The notes: generated by a model from the sequence alone, not told the origin. A stretch of DNA of 18,115 nucleotides from Promethearchaeota archaeon (GCA_018238625.1 JABCSY010000087.1:1-18115); one strand, 5' to 3'. Counted from the first letter of the stretch, positions 6,984 through 16,937 are shown. A program made the numbers and translations.

Positions 6984-7856
6984 ATGATTGATAGTTTGAT
7001 AAACTTTCTAATTTTAGGCACTATTCAGGGTTCAATTTACGCGCTCCTTGCTATGGGTTTTTCGCTCGTCTATGGAGTTGGGGGTATTTTAAATCAAGGT
7101 CACGGCGCATTTTATTTAATTACATGTTATCTATTTTATTGGTTTTATAAAAATTTTGTAGGTTTTGGATTAATCGCTGGAATGGTTGTAGGATTGGTCG
7201 TTGTTACACTTGTGGGCGGTCTGGTGTATATACTTCTAGTCAAACCTCTGAAAGATAGTCATGTTGGTGTTGTAATTGTGACCTTTGCATTTGCATTTTT
7301 AATAGAACAAATTGTAAAAGTTTCAGTTGATTCGCTTTATCATGATATGCCACTCCTTATTGAAGGATCCTTTGATTTTTTTGGAGTAGATGTATTGAAC
7401 CATTATATTTTGGTAGTAGTAGCTTCTTTAGTAATTGTATCTTTAATTACATTAATTATTAACAAATCTAAAATTGGCAAGTCTATACGAGCAGTTGCGC
7501 AAGATGCCGAAGCAGCCTCTCTAATGGGGATCAATGTTGATAGAATACTTGCCTATACAGTTATGATTTCCGCTTTTCTTGCGGGGATAGCCGCTATTTT
7601 GTATGTCCCAATTGATATAGTTGCACCTCATATAGGGTGGGGCATATTAATTAATTCATTTGCTATAGTGGTCTTAGGTGGTTTAGGTAGTTTGCCAGGG
7701 AGCGTATTAGGGGCATTTATTATGTCTTACGCTAACGCTTTTGTTAATTTCGTTTTATTTATGCCAGAAATTAGTGCTTTAATACCGATAGTAGTAATAT
7801 TGTTTATGTTGGTTCTGAGACCAAGAGGATTATTTGGAAAAAAAGAAATTGATTAG
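6984..7856 (+). CDS. livH: Branched-chain amino acid-type ABC permease
   Basis: GSIYALLAMGFSLVYG...N..HG, GKSIRAVAQDAEAASLMGIN, VVLGGLGS, RPRGLFG. Confidence 0.93.
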   Translation: MIDSLINFLILGTIQGSIYALLAMGFSLVYGVGGILNQGHGAFYLITCYLFYWFYKNFVGFGLIAGMVVGLVVVTLVGGLVYILLVKPLKDSHVGVVIVTFAFAFLIEQIVKVSVDSLYHDMPLLIEGSFDFFGVDVLNHYILVVVASLVIVSLITLIINKSKIGKSIRAVAQDAEAASLMGINVDRILAYTVMISAFLAGIAAILYVPIDIVAPHIGWGILINSFAIVVLGGLGSLPGSVLGAFIMSYANAFVNFVLFMPEISALIPIVVILFMLVLRPRGLFGKKEID

Positions 7857-7889
7857 TATAATTTGAACATCAATCGAGGATTAAAGAAT

Positions 7890-8921
7890 ATGATAATATT
7901 AAAAAAAAAAATAGCTGATTTTGCATCCAATTTTCCGAGTTATATGAGAGATTGGATTTCAACTTTCAGAGCGAAATTGACTATAGTTTGTTTGGTTGGA
8001 CTTTGCCTTGTTCCTTTATTAACTCAAAACGCCTACTTCTTAGGGATTTTTACAACTTTTATGATATTTACCATCTTTGCTGCGAGTTGGGATTTTTTAG
8101 CGGGTTTTGTAGGACAAGTTAGTTTTGGGCAAGCAGTATTTTTAGGTGTTTCGGGGTATGTTACAGCCTATCTAATACGATATTTAAGTTTTCCATGGTG
8201 GATATCTCTCGTGATTGGTTCTATTAGCGCGGTTATTTTTGGATTGATTATTGGAATTCCAGCTCTAAGGTTAAAAGGTCCTTATTTGGCCTTAGGTACT
8301 CTTGCTATGAGTCTAATAATGTATCAGTTATTTCTGATGGGATCATTAGCAACTATGTGGGAAGATGCGTTTGGAACACTCCTATTTGGTGCTGAAGGCG
8401 TTTCGCAGGTTCCACCTATTTCTCCTAATAAAATTGTAGAATATTTTGCAATATTCCTAATAATGAGCGTATCTTTATTAGTTTTAACTCATATAACTAA
8501 ATCTAATGTAGGTACGATTTTTAAAGCAATCAGAGATGATGAGACTGGTACAAGTGCTTCAGGAATAAATACTACCAAATACAAAATTTTGGCGTTTATG
8601 ATCAGTGGATTGTTCGCAGGAATAGCCGGTGGTCTTTTTGCTATGCGTTTTAGAGCAGTAAATCCCGGGATTTTTCAACCGTTATACTCATTTTACGCTA
8701 TTATCATCGCAGCTATGGGTGGTATAGCTACTATTTCTGGTTCAGCTATAGGTGCATTCATTTTTATTTTTCTTGGGGAAATTCTAAGAGAAACGCAAGA
8801 CCTATCGCTATTGATTTTCAGCGTCATATTAATATTATTCATAAGATTTGCAGAACACGGACTTTTAAAACCCACATTAGAACGCATTCAAGAATTGTGG
8901 GATATTCTATTAGGAAGGTAA
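7890..8921 (+). CDS. livM: Branched-chain amino acid-type ABC permease (alternative TTG start 7863)
   Basis: GFVGQVSFGQAVF, LRLKGPYLAL.TL, AIRDDE...ASGIN, FAGIAGGL, AMGG. Confidence 0.93.
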   Translation: MIILKKKIADFASNFPSYMRDWISTFRAKLTIVCLVGLCLVPLLTQNAYFLGIFTTFMIFTIFAASWDFLAGFVGQVSFGQAVFLGVSGYVTAYLIRYLSFPWWISLVIGSISAVIFGLIIGIPALRLKGPYLALGTLAMSLIMYQLFLMGSLATMWEDAFGTLLFGAEGVSQVPPISPNKIVEYFAIFLIMSVSLLVLTHITKSNVGTIFKAIRDDETGTSASGINTTKYKILAFMISGLFAGIAGGLFAMRFRAVNPGIFQPLYSFYAIIIAAMGGIATISGSAIGAFIFIFLGEILRETQDLSLLIFSVILILFIRFAEHGLLKPTLERIQELWDILLGR

Positions 8922-8967
8922 CATAAATAAAATAATTTGTAAAAATTAAATTTTGGAGATTTTTAAA

Positions 8968-9711
8968 ATGGGAGTGATTTTAGAAGTAAAAAATTTAACA
9001 AAAAAATTTAGTGGTTTAACAGCTGTTAACGATTTTAGTTTTGAAGTGAGACGGGGCGAATTTACAGGCTTAATAGGTCCAAATGGCGCTGGAAAAACTA
9101 CATTATTTAACTTGATCTCAGGACATGAAAAACCCAGTTCTGGAACAATTAGGTTCGATGGGCGTGATATTACGGGGATGAAACCTCATCAAATTGTTAA
9201 TTTGGGGATCGCTAGAACTTTTCAACTTGTAAGATCGTTTAGATTTATGACACTTTTGGATAACATTTCAGTATCTTGCCTTTCACCAAGAGGAAAAAAA
9301 GTAGCTAAAGAATATGGGATAGACGAATACGCCAGTTCTATTTTAGCTGCAGTTGGCCTCGTTGACAAAGCAAGAATACCTCCCATAATATTACCTCATG
9401 GCGATTTGAGAAAATTGCAAATAGGAAAAGCATTAGGCACTAATCCCCAATTACTTCTTTTAGATGAGCCATTTAGTGGGCTTTCTCACGAAGAACAAAA
9501 GGGTATAACAGATTTGATAATAAAATTGCATGATGATGGAGTAACTGTTTTTATGACGGGACATGTTTTACGAGAATTAATGCACCTAGTGCCTAGAGTC
9601 GTTGCTATGCACCAAGGTAAATATATAACCGAAGGCCCTCCACAAGAGGTTGCAAATAACAAAATTGTGTTAGAAGCGTATTTAGGAAAAGGAAGTGAAC
9701 AACTTGCTTGA
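8968..9711 (+). CDS. livG: ABC ATP-binding protein (alternative TTG start 8953)
   Basis: GPNGAGKTT, GIARTFQ, LLLLDEP, EAYLG. Confidence 0.93.
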   Translation: MGVILEVKNLTKKFSGLTAVNDFSFEVRRGEFTGLIGPNGAGKTTLFNLISGHEKPSSGTIRFDGRDITGMKPHQIVNLGIARTFQLVRSFRFMTLLDNISVSCLSPRGKKVAKEYGIDEYASSILAAVGLVDKARIPPIILPHGDLRKLQIGKALGTNPQLLLLDEPFSGLSHEEQKGITDLIIKLHDDGVTVFMTGHVLRELMHLVPRVVAMHQGKYITEGPPQEVANNKIVLEAYLGKGSEQLA

Positions 9712-10408
9712 AATGAGAAAAATATATCATTATTATGGAAAAGCTAGAGCTCTCGAAGAGATTAACTTAACGATTGAAGATAGAGCTCTGGATGCCGTTA
9801 TCGGTCCTAACGGAGCGGGAAAATCAACTCTTCTCAGAGTTATATCTGGATTAGAAGAACCAGATAGAGGAAAAATTGAATTTTTGGGAGAAAGAATTGA
9901 CGGCTTAAAAGCTCATAAAATCGCCAAAAAAGGAATAGCTCATTGTCCCGAGCGCCGGCGCTTATTTTACGATATGAGCGTAATGGAAAACCTAGAAATG
10001 GGGGCATATACATTAAAAAATAAAAAAAAGTTTCGTGAGTTATTAGATTTTGTGTTTGAAGTTTTCCCTCGTCTTAAAGAAAGGAAAAAACAAAGAGCAG
10101 GAACGTTGAGTGGAGGCGAACAACAAATGCTCGCAATCGGTCGTGCAATTATGGCAAATCCAAAATTACTTCTATTAGATGAACCTTCGTTGGGTTTAGC
10201 TCCTAAAATAAAGGATAGAATATTTGATGCAGTAAATACGATTAAAAAAGGGGGAACTACAACCTTATTAGTTGAACAAGATGCCATATTAGCAATGGAA
10301 GTTGGTGAAAACATACATCTATTGGAAGAAGGTAAAATAGAAATGAGGGGTACAAAAGAACAGTTAGAAAAAGAACCTCGAATTAAAAAAGTCTATCTAG
10401 GAATATAG
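9695..10408 (+). CDS. livF: ABC ATP-binding protein
   Basis: GPNGAGKST, PERRRLF, FPRLKER..QRAGTLSGGEQQM, LLDEPSLGLAP, LVEQ. Overlaps the end of livG. Confidence 0.95.
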   Translation: MNNLLEMRKIYHYYGKARALEEINLTIEDRALDAVIGPNGAGKSTLLRVISGLEEPDRGKIEFLGERIDGLKAHKIAKKGIAHCPERRRLFYDMSVMENLEMGAYTLKNKKKFRELLDFVFEVFPRLKERKKQRAGTLSGGEQQMLAIGRAIMANPKLLLLDEPSLGLAPKIKDRIFDAVNTIKKGGTTTLLVEQDAILAMEVGENIHLLEEGKIEMRGTKEQLEKEPRIKKVYLGI

Positions 10409-10419
10409 GGTGATAAAAA

Positions 10420-11766
10420 ATGTCAGCTTCTTTAGAACAATTGTTAAGGGATGCAAGAATTGATTTGGTTTTATCAAGAATTGAAAAAGATTCATCCGTT
10501 ATTGGTGAAGTGATAAAAAATATGGATAGTGAAATCCGTTCTATCAAATTTAATTCAATATTTGTGTTAGGTGAAATAGGAGAAAAATCTGGCGAAAATG
10601 CCGTACTTAAAATAACAGAATACTTAGATGATGAAGATTGGAGTATTCGCCGAGAAGCAGTTAGATCTTTAGGAAAAATTGGAAAACTCGCTGAATCCGC
10701 AATACCAAAATTATCTAATTGTTGTTCTGATAATGAAACCTCTATTAGAACTGCCGTAGTTACTTCACTTGGAAAAATTGGTAAAGCTACGAACGAATCT
10801 CTAAATTCTCTTAAAAACGCGTTAAAAGACGAAAACGAAGAGGTGCGCACTAAAGCAGCTGAGGCCTTAAGTTTATTGGGGTCTGAAGCTTTCGAGGTTA
10901 TCTCCGATTTAATGAGTAGCATTAGCGATCCAAGTTGGGCTGTTAGAACCGCTTCAGCACGAGCAATGAGTGGTATTGGAAGAGGTACAATTAAAGCAAT
11001 TCCTACGTTAATAAGTGCACTTGATGACAAAGATTGGAGGGTTAGGTATCATATTGTTAATACACTTTCTCAAATTGGTGAAGCTTCTGTTTCTCATCTA
11101 TTAAATGCCTTAAACCATAAAAACAGAGTTGTTAGAAAATGTGTAGTCGAATGTTTAGGGGAGTTAGATATAAAGAGTCCAGAAATAATTGAAAATTTAG
11201 CGTTAATGTTAAAAGATAAGAAAGAAGAAGTCAGAGGAAAAGCAGCCGATTCTTTACGGACTTTAGGTAAAGAAGCCGTTCCTGCTTTAACTAACGCGCT
11301 TCAAAATGCTAATAAAAGTATGAAAATCGTCATAATTTCTGCAATTGGAGGGATTGGAGTAGATGCGATTAAGGCAATCCCTTATTTGATAACATCGTTA
11401 AAAGGTGAAAAATCTTTAGTGCGCGTAGAAGCAGCTCGAAATCTAGGAGCAATTGGTAAAGATTCAGAGGAAACACTAATAGCTTTAGAAGAAGCTTTGA
11501 ACGATAAAAAAGCTATTGTAAGGAGAGAAGCTGCTCTTTCGTTAGGTAAAATTGGAACCATTTCGGAGAAAGCTATTCCTTCTTTATTAAGAGCGTTAGA
11601 TGATAAAAAACCAGATGTTAGATGGAGAGCGTCTGAAGCCTTAGGAAAAATTAAAATAAACAAGCCCGAGGTAATTTCAGCTTTAAAAGACCTAATTCAT
11701 GACGAATGCGATTATGTTTGCGAATCCGCTGATGTCGCAATAGATAACATTACAGAAAATATTTAA
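10420..11766 (+). CDS. HEAT (PBS-lyase/EZ-HEAT-like) repeat protein
   Basis: About a dozen 31-33 aa units of L..AL.D....VR..AA.(A/S)LG.IG; SD-like GGTGA upstream. Confidence 0.9.
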   Translation: MSASLEQLLRDARIDLVLSRIEKDSSVIGEVIKNMDSEIRSIKFNSIFVLGEIGEKSGENAVLKITEYLDDEDWSIRREAVRSLGKIGKLAESAIPKLSNCCSDNETSIRTAVVTSLGKIGKATNESLNSLKNALKDENEEVRTKAAEALSLLGSEAFEVISDLMSSISDPSWAVRTASARAMSGIGRGTIKAIPTLISALDDKDWRVRYHIVNTLSQIGEASVSHLLNALNHKNRVVRKCVVECLGELDIKSPEIIENLALMLKDKKEEVRGKAADSLRTLGKEAVPALTNALQNANKSMKIVIISAIGGIGVDAIKAIPYLITSLKGEKSLVRVEAARNLGAIGKDSEETLIALEEALNDKKAIVRREAALSLGKIGTISEKAIPSLLRALDDKKPDVRWRASEALGKIKINKPEVISALKDLIHDECDYVCESADVAIDNITENI

Positions 11767-11854
11767 ATTCTTACTCATTTTATTTCAAAAATAAATTAAA
11801 AAGAAAAGATGTAAAATCATAAAATCAATATATTTAAAATAGAAGGTACGAAAA

Positions 11855-13540
11855 ATGAGTGAAAACCCTTATGCTAAAAAACCTTGGTTGGAACATTACG
11901 ACGAGAATGTACCACATCATATAGATTATCCTAATATGAATATCTACGAATTTTTAGATAATTCTGCAAAGGATTTTGGCGGTCGAACTGCAATTTGGTT
12001 TATGAAAAACAAGATCACATATAAAAAGTTCAAAGATATTGCCGATAGACTCGCAACTGCTCTCGTTAGTTTAGGCGTTAAAAAAGGAGATGTCGTAGCA
12101 ATTATGATTCCAAACTTCCCCCAATTTATTTTCAGTTATTACGCTATATTAAAAGCAGGCGCAATTGTTACGGCTTGTAGCGTTCTCCACACTGGACACG
12201 AGTTGGCTTACCAGCTTAATGACTCTGGAGCAGAGATCCTATTGGTTTGGGACAACCAAGTTGACAAAATTAATAAAATAAGAGATAGAACCCGGTTGAG
12301 ACACGTTATAATAACAAATGTCCTCGATTATACGATGATGGCGCCAAGAAACCCACCTGAGATCGCTGGAACGATGCAGTTTATTAATTTAATTAATAAC
12401 ACAAAACCTAATCCCCCAAAATTCGAAACAAATGCTAAAGAAGATATTGCATGCTTACAATATACTGGAGGTACAACTGGATTACCTAAAGGCGCAATGC
12501 TTACACATAGAAATATAATCTCTAATTGTATAGCAACTCACAAGTGGTTAGGTGCGGAAGTTAAAAGAGGTAAAGATACGGGGCTTACTAATTTACCACT
12601 ATTCCATATATACGGTCAAACGGTATGTATGAATATCTTGATTTACAATGGCTCAACTATTGCATTAAATCCAGACCCCCGCGATCAAAAGTCTTTATTC
12701 GAAATAATTAAAGCTACTTCTCCAAGAATGTTTCCAGGGGTACCAACAATGTACATGCGTTTGTTAGAACGAGACGACTTAGAAGATTATGCAAAAGATC
12801 TTAAATCTATAAGAATTTGTAATACTGGAGCAGCACCAATGCCCCCAGAGGTTCTTAAGGAATTTGAAGCGAGGACAGGCGGTAAAATTATCGAGGGTTA
12901 CGGGCTGACAGAGACGTCACCGGTAGCTACTACTAATCCTGTTCAAGGAGAAAGGAAGATAGGTTCTGTTGGAATGCCAATTTCTGATACGGAACTAAAA
13001 ATCGTAGATGTAGACGATTATACCCAAATTATGCCTCTTGGCGAATCGGGCGAAGTTATGATAAAAGGACCTCAAGTTATGAAAGGTTATTGGAACAAGC
13101 CTGAAGAAACTGCTGGTCAAATAAAGGGTGACTGGCTTTTAACAGGAGATATCGCGATAATGGACGAAGATGGCTATTTCTTTATAGTTGATAGGAAGAA
13201 GGACATGATAAATGTTAGTGGTTTTAAAGTCTACCCAAGAGAAATGGAAGATGTATTGTTTGAACACGAAGCTATTGAAAGTGCTGCCGTAATTGGGCTT
13301 CCTAATCCGGATATACCCGGTAGTGAAAAAGTAAAGGCGTTTATCGTTCTTAAGGATGGATATAAAGAAAGCGAAGAAATGGAAGCTGAAATAAAGGAAT
13401 TTTGTAGACAAACTGTCGCTCCTTATAAAGTTCCTAAATTTATAGAATTTCGAAAAGAACTTCCCGAAACCCTCGTTGGTAAAGTTTTAAGAAAGGATTT
13501 GAAAGAAATTGAAGCCAGAAGGCGTGGAGAAGAAGTCTAA
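11855..13540 (+). CDS. fadD: Long-chain fatty acid-CoA ligase (AMP-binding family)
   Basis: N-terminal KPWL..Y, LQYTGGTTGLPKG, LPLFHIYG, EGYGLTE, TGDIA..DEDGYFFIVDRKKDMI, GKVLR. Confidence 0.92.
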   Translation: MSENPYAKKPWLEHYDENVPHHIDYPNMNIYEFLDNSAKDFGGRTAIWFMKNKITYKKFKDIADRLATALVSLGVKKGDVVAIMIPNFPQFIFSYYAILKAGAIVTACSVLHTGHELAYQLNDSGAEILLVWDNQVDKINKIRDRTRLRHVIITNVLDYTMMAPRNPPEIAGTMQFINLINNTKPNPPKFETNAKEDIACLQYTGGTTGLPKGAMLTHRNIISNCIATHKWLGAEVKRGKDTGLTNLPLFHIYGQTVCMNILIYNGSTIALNPDPRDQKSLFEIIKATSPRMFPGVPTMYMRLLERDDLEDYAKDLKSIRICNTGAAPMPPEVLKEFEARTGGKIIEGYGLTETSPVATTNPVQGERKIGSVGMPISDTELKIVDVDDYTQIMPLGESGEVMIKGPQVMKGYWNKPEETAGQIKGDWLLTGDIAIMDEDGYFFIVDRKKDMINVSGFKVYPREMEDVLFEHEAIESAAVIGLPNPDIPGSEKVKAFIVLKDGYKESEEMEAEIKEFCRQTVAPYKVPKFIEFRKELPETLVGKVLRKDLKEIEARRRGEEV

Positions 13541-13642
13541 TCTATAATATTATCCAACTCTTACTTTTTATAACTATATTACTATTTTTATTATAGCAAA
13601 CTTATTTCTTAATTAAATCAATTTTTTCCTTTTATATTAATA

Positions 13643-14245
13643 ATGAATATTATGAATGACGACGAAATGCTTTCAGCTGTAAGAACATTCGCATATAATA
13701 ATTCTGAAAAAGACGATCTCCATGGCTTTAAACATGTTGGGCGAGTACTTAATTTATGTGTACAAATTGGGACTGCTTTAAATGCGAATTTATTGATAAT
13801 TAAAATAGCTGCCTTACTTCACGATGTTGGTAGAATTCATGAGAAAAAAAATGATGCAAAGAATCACGCTGAAATATCCGCTGAAATGGCTGAAAAATTT
13901 TTACAAAAAACTAACTTCAACATTACTCTTGACAATATTGAAAATATCCTTCACAGCATTCGAGCACATTCTTTTTCGAATAACATAAAACCTAAAACTC
14001 TTGAAGCAAAAATATTATCGGACGCAGATAAACTGGATGCGCTTGGAGCAATAGGTTTATACAGAACAATTATATATTCATTTAAATTGAAAAATGGTGG
14101 AATAGAGAAAGTAATTGAACATTTAGAAAACAAAATCTTGAAATTAAAGGATGGATTGTACTTAGAAGGCTCTAAACAAATCGCAGAAGAGAGAAGTAAA
14201 ATAATTGTAGATTTTTATGATAAAATAAGAGAAGAAATAATGTAG
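13643..14245 (+). CDS. HD-domain metal-dependent phosphohydrolase
   Basis: HGFKHV.RV, AALLHDVGR, HAEIS, AHSF, DADKLDALGAIG. Confidence 0.9.
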   Translation: MNIMNDDEMLSAVRTFAYNNSEKDDLHGFKHVGRVLNLCVQIGTALNANLLIIKIAALLHDVGRIHEKKNDAKNHAEISAEMAEKFLQKTNFNITLDNIENILHSIRAHSFSNNIKPKTLEAKILSDADKLDALGAIGLYRTIIYSFKLKNGGIEKVIEHLENKILKLKDGLYLEGSKQIAEERSKIIVDFYDKIREEIM

Positions 14246-14256
14246 ATAATGACGAT

Positions 14257-15498
14257 TTACTTGAGTTTCAATATCATGCTCAAAAGAATTGGAAATTTCT
14301 CTTCTGTGCCCCAGATGACGTAAATTTTGTCGTCAATAGGAATCGCGACGTGCTTAGCAAGAGTAATCCAACCACTTCCAACATTCTTAGCCGCATCGCT
14401 TCCCGCTTTAAATCTCAAATACATAATGGCTCCTAAGTAATCTTGGATTTCTATGTCTTCAACTTTGATATCTTCTAAATCTTGAATAATATATTCTTTA
14501 TTTTCTTTATCAGGTTGTAAACTATTCCAAATTTTCTCGTACGACAATTGTAAAGCTGCCCGAATCACAATCTTATTTTCTATAAGCCTATCGTATTCCA
14601 AAATTATAAGACCGCAATCTTTATCTACACCTCTTATTCCAAGCGTGTTAAAGTCGTACGATTTTTCGCCATAGGCCTGAAAGTCTTTTTTAGCTTCAAC
14701 AATATCAATCCATCCATTTTCAAGATCCTCACCCATTATATACCGAAAACTTTTTAATATATTTAATTCTTCCTCCCTATCTTGAATAATCTCATCGATT
14801 AAAGCATTTAGTGGCCTTGCTACATATATTTGTATCCCGCTTGGAGTTCTTGATACCTTTTCTACCCAATAATTTTTAACTAAACGATCAATTATTCGAT
14901 ATATTGTAGTTCTTTTGATTTCCAGTTCTTTATTTATATTTCCAATTTTATCTCCTTTCTCTCCTTTTTTCAACAAAGCTAAATAAACTCTAGCCTCTTC
15001 TAAGCTTAAACCTGCTTTTAGTAAGCCTAATCTTTGCAAATTTTGGGTTTCATCGAGCAAAACTTTTGGAGTGGACCACTTTATTTCCTCAACTTTTCCT
15101 AAAGGCGTATCAGGTTCTAAATAAGGTTTTTTTGATCTAAATTTTCCTAAAGTTCTTGATGCTTCCATTAGCCCCAGATGGATCTGTCCTTCAGGTTCAA
15201 TTTTACAAATAATTTTTCGTTCTTCTTCTTTAAACCCAATAACGCTCCCCTTCTTATCTAAAGTACTAGCAACAAGCCTCTCAGTAGAAATTTGAAGAAT
15301 TATATACTTAATTCCAGAAATAGTGATATATCTCTCATCTAAATTTCGCCAAGTCGTGTTTATGGTTTCTATATCGCCACTAATATCCCAATTATCTGAT
15401 GAATATACAATCTTATTTTCATCTTCAATAATAGCTGTTGATATTATCTTAGAGTCGTGTTTTAAATATTTATCAAGAATAGATATGTATTTTTCCAT
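14257..15498 (-). CDS. Profilin-like domain + TrmB-type winged HTH + unknown C-terminal domain
   Basis: aa 1-~122: TAIIEDENKIVYSSDNWDI...ITISGIKYIILQISTERLVAS...KGSVIG (Asgard profilin pattern). aa ~155-250: GLSLEEARVYLALL...INKELEIKRTTIYRIIDRL..YWVE...IYVARP (TrmB HTH pattern). Confidence 0.8.
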   Translation of the reverse strand: MEKYISILDKYLKHDSKIISTAIIEDENKIVYSSDNWDISGDIETINTTWRNLDERYITISGIKYIILQISTERLVASTLDKKGSVIGFKEEERKIICKIEPEGQIHLGLMEASRTLGKFRSKKPYLEPDTPLGKVEEIKWSTPKVLLDETQNLQRLGLLKAGLSLEEARVYLALLKKGEKGDKIGNINKELEIKRTTIYRIIDRLVKNYWVEKVSRTPSGIQIYVARPLNALIDEIIQDREEELNILKSFRYIMGEDLENGWIDIVEAKKDFQAYGEKSYDFNTLGIRGVDKDCGLIILEYDRLIENKIVIRAALQLSYEKIWNSLQPDKENKEYIIQDLEDIKVEDIEIQDYLGAIMYLRFKAGSDAAKNVGSGWITLAKHVAIPIDDKIYVIWGTEEKFPILLSMILKLK

Positions 15499-15542
15499 TA
15501 TTTTATTACAACCTCTTCTTCATATATTTGTTTTATTTTATT

Positions 15543-15553
15543 AAAAAAAAAAA
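15543..15553 (-). terminator. Oligo-T (T11) tract after actin
   Basis: A11 on the + strand, starting 20 nt past the actin stop. Confidence 0.45.
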
Positions 15554-15572
15554 TTAATTATGTTTTAAAAGT

Positions 15573-16691
15573 TTAAAAACATCGATGGATTACCCCTGGT
15601 CCAATCTCTTTGTATTCACGGCGCGTTATCCACATTCTGCTAAATGTTTTCAGAGAACTTAATATTGAGCCGCCAATCCAAACAGAATACATTCTTTCAG
15701 GAGGAGAAAGTATTCTAACATCGATCGATTCTGGAACCAATTCTTTTATTTCTTTTGTTAAACGCTCTTTAATACCAGGAAACATAGTAGACCCTCCTGA
15801 AAGAACAATGTTACTGTAAAGATCTCGCCTTAGGTCTACATCACATTCAGAAATGGCATCTACAAGGATATTATCTAAAGGATCTAATTCCTTTCCTAAT
15901 ACTGATGGATTAAAAAAGCTTTCTGGTGCTAAAAATCTTTCAATTCCTACATTGATAACCTCTCCATCGGGTAGCATAAAACTTTTCTCCATTCCAGAAA
16001 CTTTCTTTGAGAGAATCATTTCTTTTTCTGGATCAGTGGCTACATAGCATAGCTTCTCCTTAACATCTCTTACAATTTCTTTTTCAGCCGAGGATGTAAA
16101 GGAATATCCCTTTTGCCTTAATAATCTCTGCAAATAATTCGTTACATCTCGACCCGCAAGATCAACTCTCTGAATTGCGTGACTTAAAGCAAAACCTTCA
16201 AAAATCGGTACGATATGAGACACCCCATCTCCAATGTCTATTACACAACCTGTAGTCCTCCCAGAAGCGTACAGCGATAAAATAGCCTGAGTTGCAATGT
16301 AAAGTGCTGGTACATTAAAAGTCTCAAACATAATTTCCGCTATTTTTTCTCGATTCATTCTAGGATTTAAGGGTGCTTCCGTTAACAATACAGGATGCTC
16401 AGAAGGATCAATTCTAAGATCGGTGTAGAAAGTGTAATGCCAAATTTTCTCCATAGCGGGCCAGTCCTCAACAATTCCATGCTCTATAGGAAACATTAAT
16501 CGCATCAGACCTTTTAATTGCATAGCTTCTTCACCAATGTAAAAATCCCGTGAATAATGCCTTACATCTGGTAAAACAACGCCATATTTTGGTTCGCCAA
16601 TTACCGTTGGAAAAACAGAACGAGGTTGGTCTTCTCCAGCATATCCATTCTTAGATATCCCCGTACCATTATCTAAAACAACTGGCTTCAA
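15573..16691 (-). CDS. Asgard actin (Lokiactin-like); true start may be ATT at 16712
   Basis: [99 protein letters not shown]-terminus. Confidence 0.97.
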   Translation of the reverse strand: MKPVVLDNGTGISKNGYAGEDQPRSVFPTVIGEPKYGVVLPDVRHYSRDFYIGEEAMQLKGLMRLMFPIEHGIVEDWPAMEKIWHYTFYTDLRIDPSEHPVLLTEAPLNPRMNREKIAEIMFETFNVPALYIATQAILSLYASGRTTGCVIDIGDGVSHIVPIFEGFALSHAIQRVDLAGRDVTNYLQRLLRQKGYSFTSSAEKEIVRDVKEKLCYVATDPEKEMILSKKVSGMEKSFMLPDGEVINVGIERFLAPESFFNPSVLGKELDPLDNILVDAISECDVDLRRDLYSNIVLSGGSTMFPGIKERLTKEIKELVPESIDVRILSPPERMYSVWIGGSILSSLKTFSRMWITRREYKEIGPGVIHRCF

Positions 16692-16899
16692 AAAATTCCC
16701 ATTAACTGAAATTTAAACCCCACCTTTTTTCATATTTTTTATCACATTAACTTTTTTAGGGACTTTAATATTATCTCGGCTAAGTAAATAATTTCTTTGT
16801 TGAAGATCATCTAAAGCTATCTACTATTACGTGCTTCTCGAGTTGTTTATTAAATCCCATCAAACCTTTTTGAGTTTGTTATTATGATAATAATAAAAC

Positions 16900-16937
16900 T
16901 AATATTTAAATCTTTGTCACCATATCGTGACAAAGAT
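16900..16937 (-). promoter_or_regulatory. Perfect 11-6-11 inverted repeat abutting a TATA-like box upstream of actin
   Basis: ATCTTTGTCAC-CATATC-GTGACAAAGAT (16910-16937); on the minus strand it runs straight into TTTAAATA (16910-16903). Confidence 0.6.

Noticed and set aside
360-16047. Short ORF-track entries overlapping or antisense to real genes (e.g. 360..584, 944..1282, 1904..2143, 2434..2724, 5443..5664, 9967..10314, 10383..11030, 11382..11663, 13139..13411, 15610..15819)
   Set aside because: Shadow frames of well-supported genes with no motifs. The long 10383..11030 frame mirrors HEAT-repeat codon usage.
16689-16702. Frameshifted actin start from ATG at 16702
   Set aside because: Requires an indel I cannot verify; in-frame ATT or TTG explains the gene without one.
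16910-16937. Xer/dif recombination site
   Set aside because: The 11-6-11 geometry fits, but the arms lack the inner ATAA/TTAT typical of dif sites and no recombinase is nearby.
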